Assembly: GCA_964579135.1 (NCBI GenBank)
Contig: CAZOFD010000004.1
Location: 5,471-69,470 of the forward strand
Reading direction: 5' to 3'
DNA length: 64,000 nt
Origin: an uncultured Ruminococcus sp.
GTDB taxonomy: Bacteria > Bacillota > Clostridia > Oscillospirales > CAG-272
Every line of letters begins with the position of its first letter. The stretch's first letter is position 1. The translations under genes and the position numbers were made by a program. The notes below the pieces were generated by a model. The model was not told the DNA's origin, did no database searches, and saw only the letters and a program-made list of their open reading frames with translations. Positions 19,396 to 28,096 of this stretch are shown piece by piece.

Positions 19396-20204
19396 CCAAT
19401 GCTCAAAGAATAGAGCGCCTTGCCGGCAAAGAGCCGCCTTACGACGTAAACGATCTGCGGGAGATCGTTGCCGCTTTGCGCGGCGAGGGCGGTTGCCCGT
19501 GGGATATCGAGCAGGACCACAAAAGCATCCGCCGCGACCTTTTGGAGGAAACTTACGAGGTTGTCGAGGCAATCGACAACGACGACCCCTCGCTTATGCG
19601 CGAGGAGCTCGGCGACCTGCTTTTGCAGATCGTGTTTCATTCGCAAATAGAGGCGGAGCTCGGCAGGAGCGATTTTGACGGCGTCGTAAACGATATATGC
19701 GCAAAGCTGATACGTCGCCACCCCCACGTTTTCGGCTCCGTTGTCGCCGAGACCTCGGAGCAAGTGCTTGAAAACTGGGACGCTATCAAGAGCGAGGAAA
19801 AGCAAAGGATAACCCTTGCCTCGAAACTTAACGCCGTCCCGCGGCAGTTGCCCGCGCTTATGCGCGCACAAAAAATAGGCAAAAAAACGAGTTTTTTCGA
19901 CTTTGCCGACAAAGACGAGGTGCTTGCGAAACTTAACGAAGAGGCGCTCGAGGTCGCCGAGGCGATAAAGAGCGGGAACCCCGACGAGGTCGAAGAGGAA
20001 GTCGGAGACCTGCTCTTTACCGCGGTGAGCCTTGCGCGTCACTGCGGCGTTGACGCCGAAAAGGCTTTGACGCTCGCAACGGACAAGTATATTTCGCGCT
20101 TTGCACGCCTTGAGACGGTAGCGACGGAGCGCGGGCTCGACGTGACGAATACGCCGCAAAGCGAGCTTGACGCAATATGGAACGAGATAAAGAACAGGAC
20201 TTGA
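19392..20204 (+). CDS. mazG: Nucleoside triphosphate pyrophosphohydrolase MazG (tandem MazG domains)
   Basis: EETYEVVEAI and EELGDLLLQI in the first domain, EEVGDLLFT in the second. ATGA overlap with the upstream gene. Confidence 0.85.
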   Translation: MTNAQRIERLAGKEPPYDVNDLREIVAALRGEGGCPWDIEQDHKSIRRDLLEETYEVVEAIDNDDPSLMREELGDLLLQIVFHSQIEAELGRSDFDGVVNDICAKLIRRHPHVFGSVVAETSEQVLENWDAIKSEEKQRITLASKLNAVPRQLPALMRAQKIGKKTSFFDFADKDEVLAKLNEEALEVAEAIKSGNPDEVEEEVGDLLFTAVSLARHCGVDAEKALTLATDKYISRFARLETVATERGLDVTNTPQSELDAIWNEIKNRT

Positions 20205-20229
20205 CATACGGTAAGGTAAGTAATATAAT
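20201..20229 (+). promoter_or_regulatory. Consensus sigma-A promoter ending 6 nt before the yabO ATG (possible leaderless transcript)
   Basis: TTGACA (20201-20206, overlapping the mazG stop), exactly 17 nt, TATAAT (20224-20229), then acgaat-ATG (20236). Confidence 0.5.
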
Positions 20230-20235
20230 ACGAAT

Positions 20236-20481
20236 ATGAGACTCGATAAATATTTAAAAGTTTCGCGCATCATAAAACGCCGCACGGTTGCAAACGACGC
20301 TTGCGACGGCGGTCACGTCAGCGTGAACGGCAAGATAGCGCGCGCCTCGTACGAGGTAAAGGCAGGCGACGAGATCGCGGTATCTTTCGGTCAGCGGACG
20401 CTCGTCGTGCGTGTGCGCGAGGTAAAAGAGACCGTCGGCAAGGACGCCGCGGCGCTTATGTACGACGTTATAAGTCAATAA
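20236..20481 (+). CDS. yabO: S4-domain RNA-binding protein (YabO/Hsp15-like)
   Basis: MRLDKYLKVSRIIKRRT... S4 motif, 81 aa. Synteny with B. subtilis yabO. Confidence 0.8.
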   Translation: MRLDKYLKVSRIIKRRTVANDACDGGHVSVNGKIARASYEVKAGDEIAVSFGQRTLVVRVREVKETVGKDAAALMYDVISQ

Positions 20482-20580
20482 CGTCTTCGCCGGACGGCGA
20501 AAAAACGCATCTTGCTCCGCTTGCGGCATAAACTTTCGCGATGCCGCATACAATGGAGTGGAAAAGCGAGGTGTGTTGCA

Positions 20581-20859
20581 TTGGATCGAAATTCTCTCGG
20601 CACGGAGCATACTTTCTCCGTGCGTGCGCGAAAAGACGTTCGCGTGGACGGGGTAAAAAGTCTTGTCGGCTTTGACGAGAGTGCGGTGATATTCGACACC
20701 GACGGCGGAGAGCTGACGGTCGAGGGGAGCGCGCTTTGCGTTAAGTCGCTCGATCTCGAACGCGGCGCGTCGGAGATAAGCGGAGAGATATCGGGGGTCT
20801 ATTATTCCGACGGATACGTGCGCAAAAAGAGAAAGATATCGTTTGCGAGATCGGAATGA
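20581..20859 (+). CDS. yabP: Sporulation protein YabP
   Basis: YabP-like core VRVDGVKSLVGFDESAVIFDTDGGELTVEGSALCVKSLDLERG. Start set at TTG 20581 (GAGGTG 7 nt upstream). The ORF-track start 20512 has no SD. Confidence 0.7.
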   Translation: MDRNSLGTEHTFSVRARKDVRVDGVKSLVGFDESAVIFDTDGGELTVEGSALCVKSLDLERGASEISGEISGVYYSDGYVRKKRKISFARSE

Positions 20860-21587
20860 CGCCGCTTACCGTCGACCCGAGCGCTCTCTTTAAGCTCGCG
20901 CTTTTTTCGATATTGCACGGCGGCGCGGCGGCGTGGGCGGACGTTGCCGTTTCCGTTGCGCTGCGACCGCGCTTGCTTGTCGACCTAAAAGGGGTGCCGC
21001 TGCGTTCGTATGCGCACAAATTCGCGAGGGGAAAGTGCGAAAACGAAAAAAAGGGAGCGAAGATCGCAACTTTCCTCACGGATCTTGCCCTTTGCCTATA
21101 TTTCGCGTGTACGCTTATACTTCTGAATTTTATATTTAACAACGGGCGCTTCAGGCTTTTTTCGGCGATATTGTCCGCGGCGTCTTGCTTTGCCGCAAGA
21201 AAGCTCTTCGGAACTGTTTTTGCCGTCTTTTCGGCGTGGCTCGGCTTTCTTTTGCTGCGTTTTGCGGCTTTGATCGTTTTGCCGCCGAAATTTTTGATCC
21301 GTTGTCTGCGGCGCGCTTTTGCGCCCGTCGTCGCCGCGGCAAAACGCGGTGTGCGTGCCTTGCGCTCGCGTAGGCGTAAAAAGAGTTTGCAACTGAGGAT
21401 ACGCCGCGCCGGCGAAGACGGTCTGTTGGCAAATTTTTCGCCACATACATACGATAGAGGCGACGACGCTTCGAAAAAGCTCAAAAAACAAAATTCCGCG
21501 CATATTCGGAGGAAGTATGAAAAGGATAAAATCGGGATACGCCGAAAACGACGAAACGCCGCTGAACAGAGCGGGGACGATAGTTAA
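20856..21587 (+). CDS. yabQ: Spore cortex biosynthesis protein YabQ-like membrane protein with K/R-rich tail
   Basis: ATGA overlap with yabP. Several TM helices. Lies between yabP and divIC. Call rests mainly on synteny. Confidence 0.55.
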   Translation: MTPLTVDPSALFKLALFSILHGGAAAWADVAVSVALRPRLLVDLKGVPLRSYAHKFARGKCENEKKGAKIATFLTDLALCLYFACTLILLNFIFNNGRFRLFSAILSAASCFAARKLFGTVFAVFSAWLGFLLLRFAALIVLPPKFLIRCLRRAFAPVVAAAKRGVRALRSRRRKKSLQLRIRRAGEDGLLANFSPHTYDRGDDASKKLKKQNSAHIRRKYEKDKIGIRRKRRNAAEQSGDDS

Positions 21588-21822
21588 AATATCTTTGATG
21601 GTCTTGATAATAGTCCTTTTGGCGATATCCGCCGATATGCTTATGGAATACGGCGACCTCGTGCGCGAGCGCGATCTGCTTGCGGCGCAAAAAGAGGCAC
21701 TCGAAGAACGGCGCGAGGAGTACAGCGACCAGATCGGGGCGGACGTGGACAGGGATTATGTTGACAGATATGCGAAAGAGAACGGTTTCGTTTCTCCCGA
21801 CGAGGACAATTACTACGGTTGA
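21517..21822 (+). CDS. divIC: Septum formation initiator (DivIC/FtsB family)
   Basis: Single TM helix (ISLMVLIIVLLAISADML) followed by a coiled-coil-like E/L-rich region. GGAGG 5 nt upstream of the ATG. Confidence 0.75.
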   Translation: MKRIKSGYAENDETPLNRAGTIVKISLMVLIIVLLAISADMLMEYGDLVRERDLLAAQKEALEERREEYSDQIGADVDRDYVDRYAKENGFVSPDEDNYYG

Positions 21823-21842
21823 TATATCAACTGCGCGAAAAC

Positions 21843-21881
21843 AAAAAAGCTCACCGATCGGATGTGATCGGTGAGCTTTTT
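21843..21881. terminator. Bidirectional terminator between convergent divIC and the TSCPD gene
   Basis: aaaaaa-gctcaccgatc-ggatgt-gatcggtgagc-ttttt. Confidence 0.7.
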
Positions 21882-21882
21882 A

Positions 21883-22131
21883 TCAGTTCATTTCCTTAAG
21901 CGCACGAGCGAGTTGGTCGGGGCAAGACGTGGGCTTGAGCCCGCATTTTATGCCCTCGAGGCGCGTGATGGCTTCGGCAACGTCCATACCGCGAACGAGT
22001 GCGGCGACGCCTTGCGTGTTTCCGCTGCAGCCGCCGTTGAATTTTACGTTTGCGATCTTTCCGTCGTCGCCGATTTCGATATCTATCGAGCGAGAGCAAA
22101 CTCCTTTTGTCATATAAGTGCTTTTTTTCAT
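21883..22131 (-). CDS. TSCPD-domain small protein (TIGR03905-like, 4-Cys)
   Basis: YMTKGVCSRSIDIEI...NGGCSGN...GIKCG...TSCPDQLA, ~82 aa. ATG 22131 lies 2 nt after the htpG stop. Confidence 0.75.
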   Translation of the reverse strand: MKKSTYMTKGVCSRSIDIEIGDDGKIANVKFNGGCSGNTQGVAALVRGMDVAEAITRLEGIKCGLKPTSCPDQLARALKEMN

Positions 22132-22133
22132 TT

Positions 22134-23996
22134 TCAAATCAACTCCATAAGATCATATCCGTCTTTCAAAAGCGCGGAGAGCTCGTCCGCGCTCGGCTTT
22201 TTTTGCGTCAGCAACGCGAGTCTGTATACGAGCCCGATGGTTGCGACCGTTTTTTTGTCGTCGGGGGCGTCTTTTGCCATAGCGCTTAATTTTTCGTAAA
22301 GCGGGCAGGCGCTGTTGAGGGTAAGGGTGTAGTCGAGCGGTATTTCCGGCGCCCCGTCGCCCGGCACGGAGTAAAGGCGTATCATATCCTCGAGGCGGCG
22401 CGATTCTTCGCTTACGGAGAGGACGGCGGGGATCTCGGCGTTTTTGAGCGACTCCGCCTTTACCGTAAGCTTTTCGTTGCCGGACACGGCTTTGAAGGCG
22501 GAAACAAGGCGTTCGTCAACGTCAACGCGGTCGCAGTCGGCGATAAGCGACGAATCGATGCCGGAATCGACGCGAATGAATTTTATGCCCGATCCGTACT
22601 GTTCTATCGAAGAGAGAAATTGCGAATCGAAAGAAAGATCGAACACGGCGACCTCGATCCCGTTATCGCGTAGCATTGCGACGTGCTGCGCCTGCAGAGC
22701 GGGGTCGGTGGTGTAATAGATCTTGCCCTCGTGCTTTTCTTTGGCTTTTTCGAGATATTCGTCGTAGGTTTCGCACTTACCGTCGGTCAGGCGCAAAAGC
22801 AGACTGTTTTTGACTTTGTCGTAAAAACCGCGCTCGCGCAGGCAGGCGAATTCGAGGAAGATGCGGATATCCGCATACAACTTTTCGTATTTTTCGCGCT
22901 CGTTCGTCGCAAGGGAGTTCAGTTTGTCGGCTACCTTTTTGACTATATGCTTCGACATCTTTTTGACGTATGCGTCGTCTTGGAGATAGCTGCGCGAAAC
23001 GTTCAGCGGCAACTCGGGGCAGTCGAGAGCGCCCTTAAGCATCAAAAGATAGTCCGGCAGAACTTCTTTGACGTTGTCGGCGACGAAGACCTGGTTGTAA
23101 AAGAGCTTGACTTCGCCCTCGAGCGATTGCGCGTCTTGGCGTATGCGGGGGAAGAAGAGAATACCTTTGAAGTTGAGGGGATAGTCCGCGTTTATATGCA
23201 CGTGAAAGAGCGGATCCTGCGGGTCGAAAAACAATTTATGATAAAGTTCGTTGTATTCTTCTTCCGTGATCTCGGAGGCGGGGCGGCACCAAAGGGGAAC
23301 CGTCGTGTTTACGGGTTTGGCATCGCTCTCGTTGTGCGCCTGCTCGTCGCCCTCCGCGTTCTCTTCGCCTGCGGAAAAGTATATCGGTACGGGCATAAAC
23401 GCGCAATATTTGTCGAGGATGCCGAGTATCCTCGTGGGGTCGAGATATTCTTTTTCCGCGTCGCAAACGTGCATGGTTACGCTTGTGCCGCGCTCGGTGC
23501 GGCTCGAGGGGGATATCTCGTATTCTCCCGCCTCGTTGCAGGTCCAGTGCACAGCGGGCGAGCCGTCATACGACTTCGTGTCGATCTCAACGACGTCGCT
23601 TATCATAAACGAGGAGTAAAATCCGAGCCCGAAGTGACCGATTATGCCGTTTGAATTATCTCCGTTTTCGTATTTTTGAACGAAATCGAGAGCCCCCGAC
23701 AAAGCGATGGAGCATATATAGCGCCGCACCTCGTCCTCCGTCATACCGATGCCGTTATCGCAGACGGTAATCGTGCCTGCCGCTTTATCGAGCTCGACGG
23801 TTATGCGAAAGTCGCTCCCGTCAAGCTCGGTTTGCCCGAGCGACGCGAGGCGCCGCAGTTTTGTCACCGCGTCGGAAGCGTTTGATACTATCTCGCGCAG
23901 AAAAATATCTTTTTCGGAATATAACCATTTTTTTATTATCGGAAATATATGTTCCGTTTCGACGGATATTCCGCCTTTTTTTTCGGTTTGATCCAT
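22134..23996 (-). CDS. htpG: Molecular chaperone HtpG (Hsp90)
   Basis: GHKL ATPase motifs LREIVSNASDA and GHFGLGFYS. 620 aa. Confidence 0.93.
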   Translation of the reverse strand: MDQTEKKGGISVETEHIFPIIKKWLYSEKDIFLREIVSNASDAVTKLRRLASLGQTELDGSDFRITVELDKAAGTITVCDNGIGMTEDEVRRYICSIALSGALDFVQKYENGDNSNGIIGHFGLGFYSSFMISDVVEIDTKSYDGSPAVHWTCNEAGEYEISPSSRTERGTSVTMHVCDAEKEYLDPTRILGILDKYCAFMPVPIYFSAGEENAEGDEQAHNESDAKPVNTTVPLWCRPASEITEEEYNELYHKLFFDPQDPLFHVHINADYPLNFKGILFFPRIRQDAQSLEGEVKLFYNQVFVADNVKEVLPDYLLMLKGALDCPELPLNVSRSYLQDDAYVKKMSKHIVKKVADKLNSLATNEREKYEKLYADIRIFLEFACLRERGFYDKVKNSLLLRLTDGKCETYDEYLEKAKEKHEGKIYYTTDPALQAQHVAMLRDNGIEVAVFDLSFDSQFLSSIEQYGSGIKFIRVDSGIDSSLIADCDRVDVDERLVSAFKAVSGNEKLTVKAESLKNAEIPAVLSVSEESRRLEDMIRLYSVPGDGAPEIPLDYTLTLNSACPLYEKLSAMAKDAPDDKKTVATIGLVYRLALLTQKKPSADELSALLKDGYDLMELI

Positions 23997-24048
23997 AATT
24001 TTCGCACTCCTTTTTTTATTTTGTCGAAATTATCGTTTTATACCGTAA

Positions 24049-24076
24049 ATTATACTCTTATTTTGCGTTTTGTCAA
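24049..24076 (-). promoter_or_regulatory. Candidate htpG promoter
   Basis: Minus strand: TTGACA (24076-24071), 16-nt spacer, TATAAT (24054-24049). Confidence 0.45.
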
Positions 24077-24209
24077 GAAAAGCGCAGCAATCGAGCGCTC
24101 TTGCGGGGCGAAAGTTGCGGACGCGGGCAAAAAAATGTCGAATTGCACTTGAAAATATTCGCACCGTATGATATCATATAATGAATTTGTTGTTTTTCGG
24201 AGGGGCGAT

Positions 24210-25109
24210 ATGTGTATCGGCGTTCGGTTAAGGGCGAATGCGAAGATAAATCTCCATCTGTCAGTCGGCTCGCGCAGAGAGGACGGTATGCATACGGTTG
24301 ATACCGTTATGCAATCGGTGGATCTTTGCGACCTTATCGACGTTTGCGTAAAACGCGGCGACGGTACGGAGCTACTGTGCGACGACCCAAACGTTCCGAC
24401 GGACGGCACAAACCTTGCGGCGAAAGCCGCCGAGGCGTATTTTGCGCACGTCGGCGAAAGGCGCGCGATACGCATTGCGATCGAAAAGCATATACCGTCG
24501 CGTGCGGGTATGGGCGGCGGAAGCGCGGACGCGGCTGCAGTGCTCGTCGGCTTGAACAGGGCTCTCGGCGGTATCTGCAACGGCGAGGAGCTATGTGCGA
24601 TAGGCTCGCGAATCGGCGCGGACGTGCCGTTTTGCATAAGCGGCGGTTGCAAACGAATGACGGGCATCGGCGACTCTTTGGCACAGACTCTTGCGTCGCC
24701 GCGGCTGCATATCCTGGTGGCAAAGGTCGGCGAGGGCGTTTCGACCCCTCGGGCATATGCGGCGATAGATCGTTTGCGCGAGGCGGGAGCACTCGGCGCA
24801 CCGTCATCGGAGCCGTTGCTTGCTCATTTGCTTCGCGGCGACGCGGCGGGCGCTCGGGCGTGTATGCAAAACGATTTCGAAGCCGTTATCTCGGATTTTT
24901 CTCCGCGCACCGCACGTCTTACGTCGTTCCTTTCGCAAAGAAGCGACAAGGCTATGCTGTGCGGCAGCGGATCGGCTGTTTTTGCTCTTTTCGGGGCTTT
25001 TGAGGCAGCCGAGAGGTGTCGGCGCGAGGTTGCGAATGCCTTTCCCGATGCGTTTTTGTCGGTTTGTAAAACGGCTGACGAGGGCGTTTGCGTGATAAAA
25101 GAATATTAA
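24210..25109 (+). CDS. ispE: 4-diphosphocytidyl-2-C-methyl-D-erythritol kinase
   Basis: AKINLHL N-terminal motif and GHMP motif IPSRAGMGGGSADAAA. GGAGGGG SD before ATG 24210. Confidence 0.88.
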   Translation: MCIGVRLRANAKINLHLSVGSRREDGMHTVDTVMQSVDLCDLIDVCVKRGDGTELLCDDPNVPTDGTNLAAKAAEAYFAHVGERRAIRIAIEKHIPSRAGMGGGSADAAAVLVGLNRALGGICNGEELCAIGSRIGADVPFCISGGCKRMTGIGDSLAQTLASPRLHILVAKVGEGVSTPRAYAAIDRLREAGALGAPSSEPLLAHLLRGDAAGARACMQNDFEAVISDFSPRTARLTSFLSQRSDKAMLCGSGSAVFALFGAFEAAERCRREVANAFPDAFLSVCKTADEGVCVIKEY

Positions 25110-25120
25110 GGCGGGAGTTT

Positions 25121-25918
25121 ATGCATATGACGAACGAGTCAAACGCGGTCGGCGCGGAATACGACGCCGACGCCATACTTTGCACGGCGATCGACATAGG
25201 TGAACATCTGCTTAAAAGCGGGAGCGAGATAAGCCGAGTGGAAAACACCATCGAGCGCATCTGTTATGCGTACGGGGCGTCTCACGTCGAGGCTTTTGCC
25301 ATCATAAACCTTATAAACGCTTCGATAAGAATGCCCGACGGTTCGTATTCCGACCAGATACGGCGTGTCAAGGGCTCCTCGAACAATTTTTACAAAATCG
25401 AAGCGATGAATCGTATCTCGCGGGATATGTGCTCGGGCAGGATAACGCTTGACGAGGCGCGAGAGCGGATTGCCGAATGTAAAAAAGTATATCCTTATCC
25501 GAATTGGTTAAAGCACGTCGGCGCGTTTCTCTTCGTCGCGGGTTTCGTGGTCTTTTTCGGCGGCGGAGCGCTCGACGCTTTGATAGGCGGCTTGATAGGC
25601 ACCGTGGTCAGCCTTTGTCGGTGTATAGATTTGCCATTTAACAACGGAATGGTGAGCACCGTGCTCGGGTCGTTTATCGCGGCGTCGCTTGCCGTTATAG
25701 CGGTGCGAGTGGGGTTCGGGCGCGACGCCGACGCGATAATCACGGGCACGATAATGCAGGTCATACCCGGAATGGCTTTCGGCATATCAGCGGTCGACCT
25801 GATAAACGGTAATTTCGCGTCGGGTGCGATGCGACTGGTGCAGACTTTGCTGACTGCGGTGATGATAGCCATCGGCTATGCCGCGGCATTCGCCGTTTTC
25901 GGAGGGCTTGTAAAATGA
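25121..25918 (+). CDS. Threonine/serine exporter family protein, ThrE/YjjP-like part
   Basis: Soluble N-terminal region then 5 TM helices of DUF1212/ThrE type. Paired by ATGA overlap with a small ThrE_2-like gene. Confidence 0.72.
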   Translation: MHMTNESNAVGAEYDADAILCTAIDIGEHLLKSGSEISRVENTIERICYAYGASHVEAFAIINLINASIRMPDGSYSDQIRRVKGSSNNFYKIEAMNRISRDMCSGRITLDEARERIAECKKVYPYPNWLKHVGAFLFVAGFVVFFGGGALDALIGGLIGTVVSLCRCIDLPFNNGMVSTVLGSFIAASLAVIAVRVGFGRDADAIITGTIMQVIPGMAFGISAVDLINGNFASGAMRLVQTLLTAVMIAIGYAAAFAVFGGLVK

Positions 25919-26439
25919 TATTCGAATGGACCGTCAGGATACTCGGAGTGGTCGTCGGATCACTCGGATATTCGATAGTCGGCGGCGTATCGCCGCGCGC
26001 CCTTGTGCCCGTGGCGATAGGCGACTTCGTTTCGACGTCGATATACGTCGCGGCGGATCAGCTCGGCACGTCGCTCTTTTTGGCAAGCCTTACGGCTGCG
26101 TGTTTTGCCTCGTTGTTTGCGGAGATATTCGCGCGTATAGGCAAGATGCCCGCCGTGGTCATAATGATCCCTTCGCTTATTCCGCTTGCCCCGGGCGGCG
26201 CGCTTTATAACGCCGTGAGTTGCCTTTTGAAAAAAGATTACGCCGGTGCGCTCCCGTTTGCGGAGGACGCGGTGGCGGTCGCGGCGGGGATAGCGGGAGG
26301 CATTATTTGCGGGCTTGCGTTGCTTGCCGTTGCGACAGCGTCGGCGCGAGGGTTCTGCGGAATCCTCGCCAAACGCGAAAAAAAACGAAAGAAAACCGAT
26401 AAAACGCAAGACGATCGGTCGACACTTAATAATGGATAA
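25915..26439 (+). CDS. Threonine/serine exporter family protein, YjjB-like small subunit
   Basis: ~4-5 TM helices, 174 aa. Translationally coupled to the preceding ThrE-like gene. Confidence 0.68.
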   Translation: MIFEWTVRILGVVVGSLGYSIVGGVSPRALVPVAIGDFVSTSIYVAADQLGTSLFLASLTAACFASLFAEIFARIGKMPAVVIMIPSLIPLAPGGALYNAVSCLLKKDYAGALPFAEDAVAVAAGIAGGIICGLALLAVATASARGFCGILAKREKKRKKTDKTQDDRSTLNNG

Positions 26440-27307
26440 GGCACAAATCGAAAGATACAATTCGCGCATATTCAAGATCCTCAGCGTTTTTTTAAATCTT
26501 CGCCCCGATTATATCACGCCCGAAATGATACGCGAGATCACGTCGGGCGAGCGAGAGGGTGAGGAATATGCTTATGCCGCGCTCGTAGCGTCGGCATGCG
26601 GGCTCGATATATACGGCAACGCGCACGACAGGGAGTTTTTTGCCGAGTACTTCGTACCGGCGTTCCGCCGCGCCGACCCCGAGCCGTATATCAACGACCC
26701 GTACTATCGAAAGGTGCGCTTCCCCTCGGGGGAATGCGGCGATTGGAAATTCGAAAAGCGCGTTTGCCGTGCTTACGAAGCTTTCGTTTACAACGACCCG
26801 ACAATTACTCCGAGCGGCAAGATAGTGCCGCAGATTGCGTACTTCCCGACGGATTACGAATACCCCGCGGTGACCGAGGGCGGACGCGAGTGGATGACGC
26901 TTATGCCCAACGAGATAAACACGACGCTGCCCGCAGTCGAGCGGGCGCACGGCAAAGTGCTGACTTTCGGTTTGGGGCTCGGATATTTCGCGTATCGCGC
27001 GGCGCTGAAGGACGAGGTCGAATCGGTGACGGTGGTCGAGCTATCGGGCGACATAACGAATCTTTTCAAAACTTACGTGCTACCGCAGCTCGAGGTTGCC
27101 GACAAGATAAATATCGTTTGCGCCGACGCCTTTTCCTTCGCCGAGAACGAAATGGAAAAGGGCGGATACGATTTCGTTTTCGCCGATGTATGGCACGACC
27201 CCTCCGACGGAACGGAAGCGTATCTCAAACTGAAAAAATACGAGGACAAGTTGCCGAGAGCGGAATTCGTTTATTGGATAGAGGATACGCTTAAGCTGTA
27301 TATATGA
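26432..27307 (+). CDS. Hypothetical protein with class I methyltransferase/spermidine-synthase-like C-terminal fold
   Basis: Rossmann-like blocks VLTFGLGLGY, VTVVELSG, CADAFSF and DFVFADVWHD. N-terminal ~150 aa unrecognised. ATG 26432 overlaps the upstream stop by 8 nt. Confidence 0.5.
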   Translation: MDKAQIERYNSRIFKILSVFLNLRPDYITPEMIREITSGEREGEEYAYAALVASACGLDIYGNAHDREFFAEYFVPAFRRADPEPYINDPYYRKVRFPSGECGDWKFEKRVCRAYEAFVYNDPTITPSGKIVPQIAYFPTDYEYPAVTEGGREWMTLMPNEINTTLPAVERAHGKVLTFGLGLGYFAYRAALKDEVESVTVVELSGDITNLFKTYVLPQLEVADKINIVCADAFSFAENEMEKGGYDFVFADVWHDPSDGTEAYLKLKKYEDKLPRAEFVYWIEDTLKLYI

Positions 27308-27360
27308 TCGCAGAACGACGAACTTTGCCGATAACTCAACTCGGCGGGAAAGGACAAACA

Positions 27361-28095
27361 ATGCTTGAAATCAAAGGACTCGGATTTAAAGCCGGCGAGG
27401 GCGGATCCGAAAAAGAGATCCTCAAAGGGATAGATCTGAATATAAAAAGCGGCTCGTTTACCGTGCTGACGGGACCGAACGGAGGCGGAAAAACGACCCT
27501 TGCAAAGGCGATAATGGGTATCGTCGAGCCTACTTGCGGCAGGATAGTGTGGAACGGCACCGATATAACCGACGCCGATATAACGCAAAGGGCACGGATG
27601 GGGATAAGTTACGGTTTTCAGCAGCCCGCGAGATTTAAGGGTATGCGCGTGCGCGACCTGCTCGAGCTGGCAAGCGGGAAAAAGGGGCTTTCGACAGCCG
27701 ATTGCTGCAAGTACCTGAATCGCGTAGGGCTTTGCGCGGGCGACTATATCGACAGGGACGTCGACGCATCTCTCTCGGGCGGCGAGGTCAAACGTATCGA
27801 GATCGCTACGATTCTTGCGAGGAACTCCGAGCTTATGATATTCGACGAGCCCGAGGCGGGGATCGATCTTTGGTCTTTTGCCAAACTCACGGAGACCTTT
27901 AGGGAGATGCATCGCGCGGGCGAAGCTACGATAGTAGTTATTTCGCACCAAGAGCGGATAATAAACCTTGCGGACGAGATTGTCGTCTTGGCTGACGGTA
28001 AGGTCGCTCGCCACGGAACGAAAGACGAGATATTCCCGTCCATCATAGCGGGGGCGGAGCCGGGGTGCAAATATATGAAAGCGTCGGAGGTCTGA
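27361..28095 (+). CDS. sufC: Fe-S cluster assembly ATPase SufC
   Basis: GPNGGGKTT, LSGGEVKR and IFDEPEAGID, followed by a SufB/D-family gene. Confidence 0.85.
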   Translation: MLEIKGLGFKAGEGGSEKEILKGIDLNIKSGSFTVLTGPNGGGKTTLAKAIMGIVEPTCGRIVWNGTDITDADITQRARMGISYGFQQPARFKGMRVRDLLELASGKKGLSTADCCKYLNRVGLCAGDYIDRDVDASLSGGEVKRIEIATILARNSELMIFDEPEAGIDLWSFAKLTETFREMHRAGEATIVVISHQERIINLADEIVVLADGKVARHGTKDEIFPSIIAGAEPGCKYMKASEV

Positions 28096-28096
28096 T

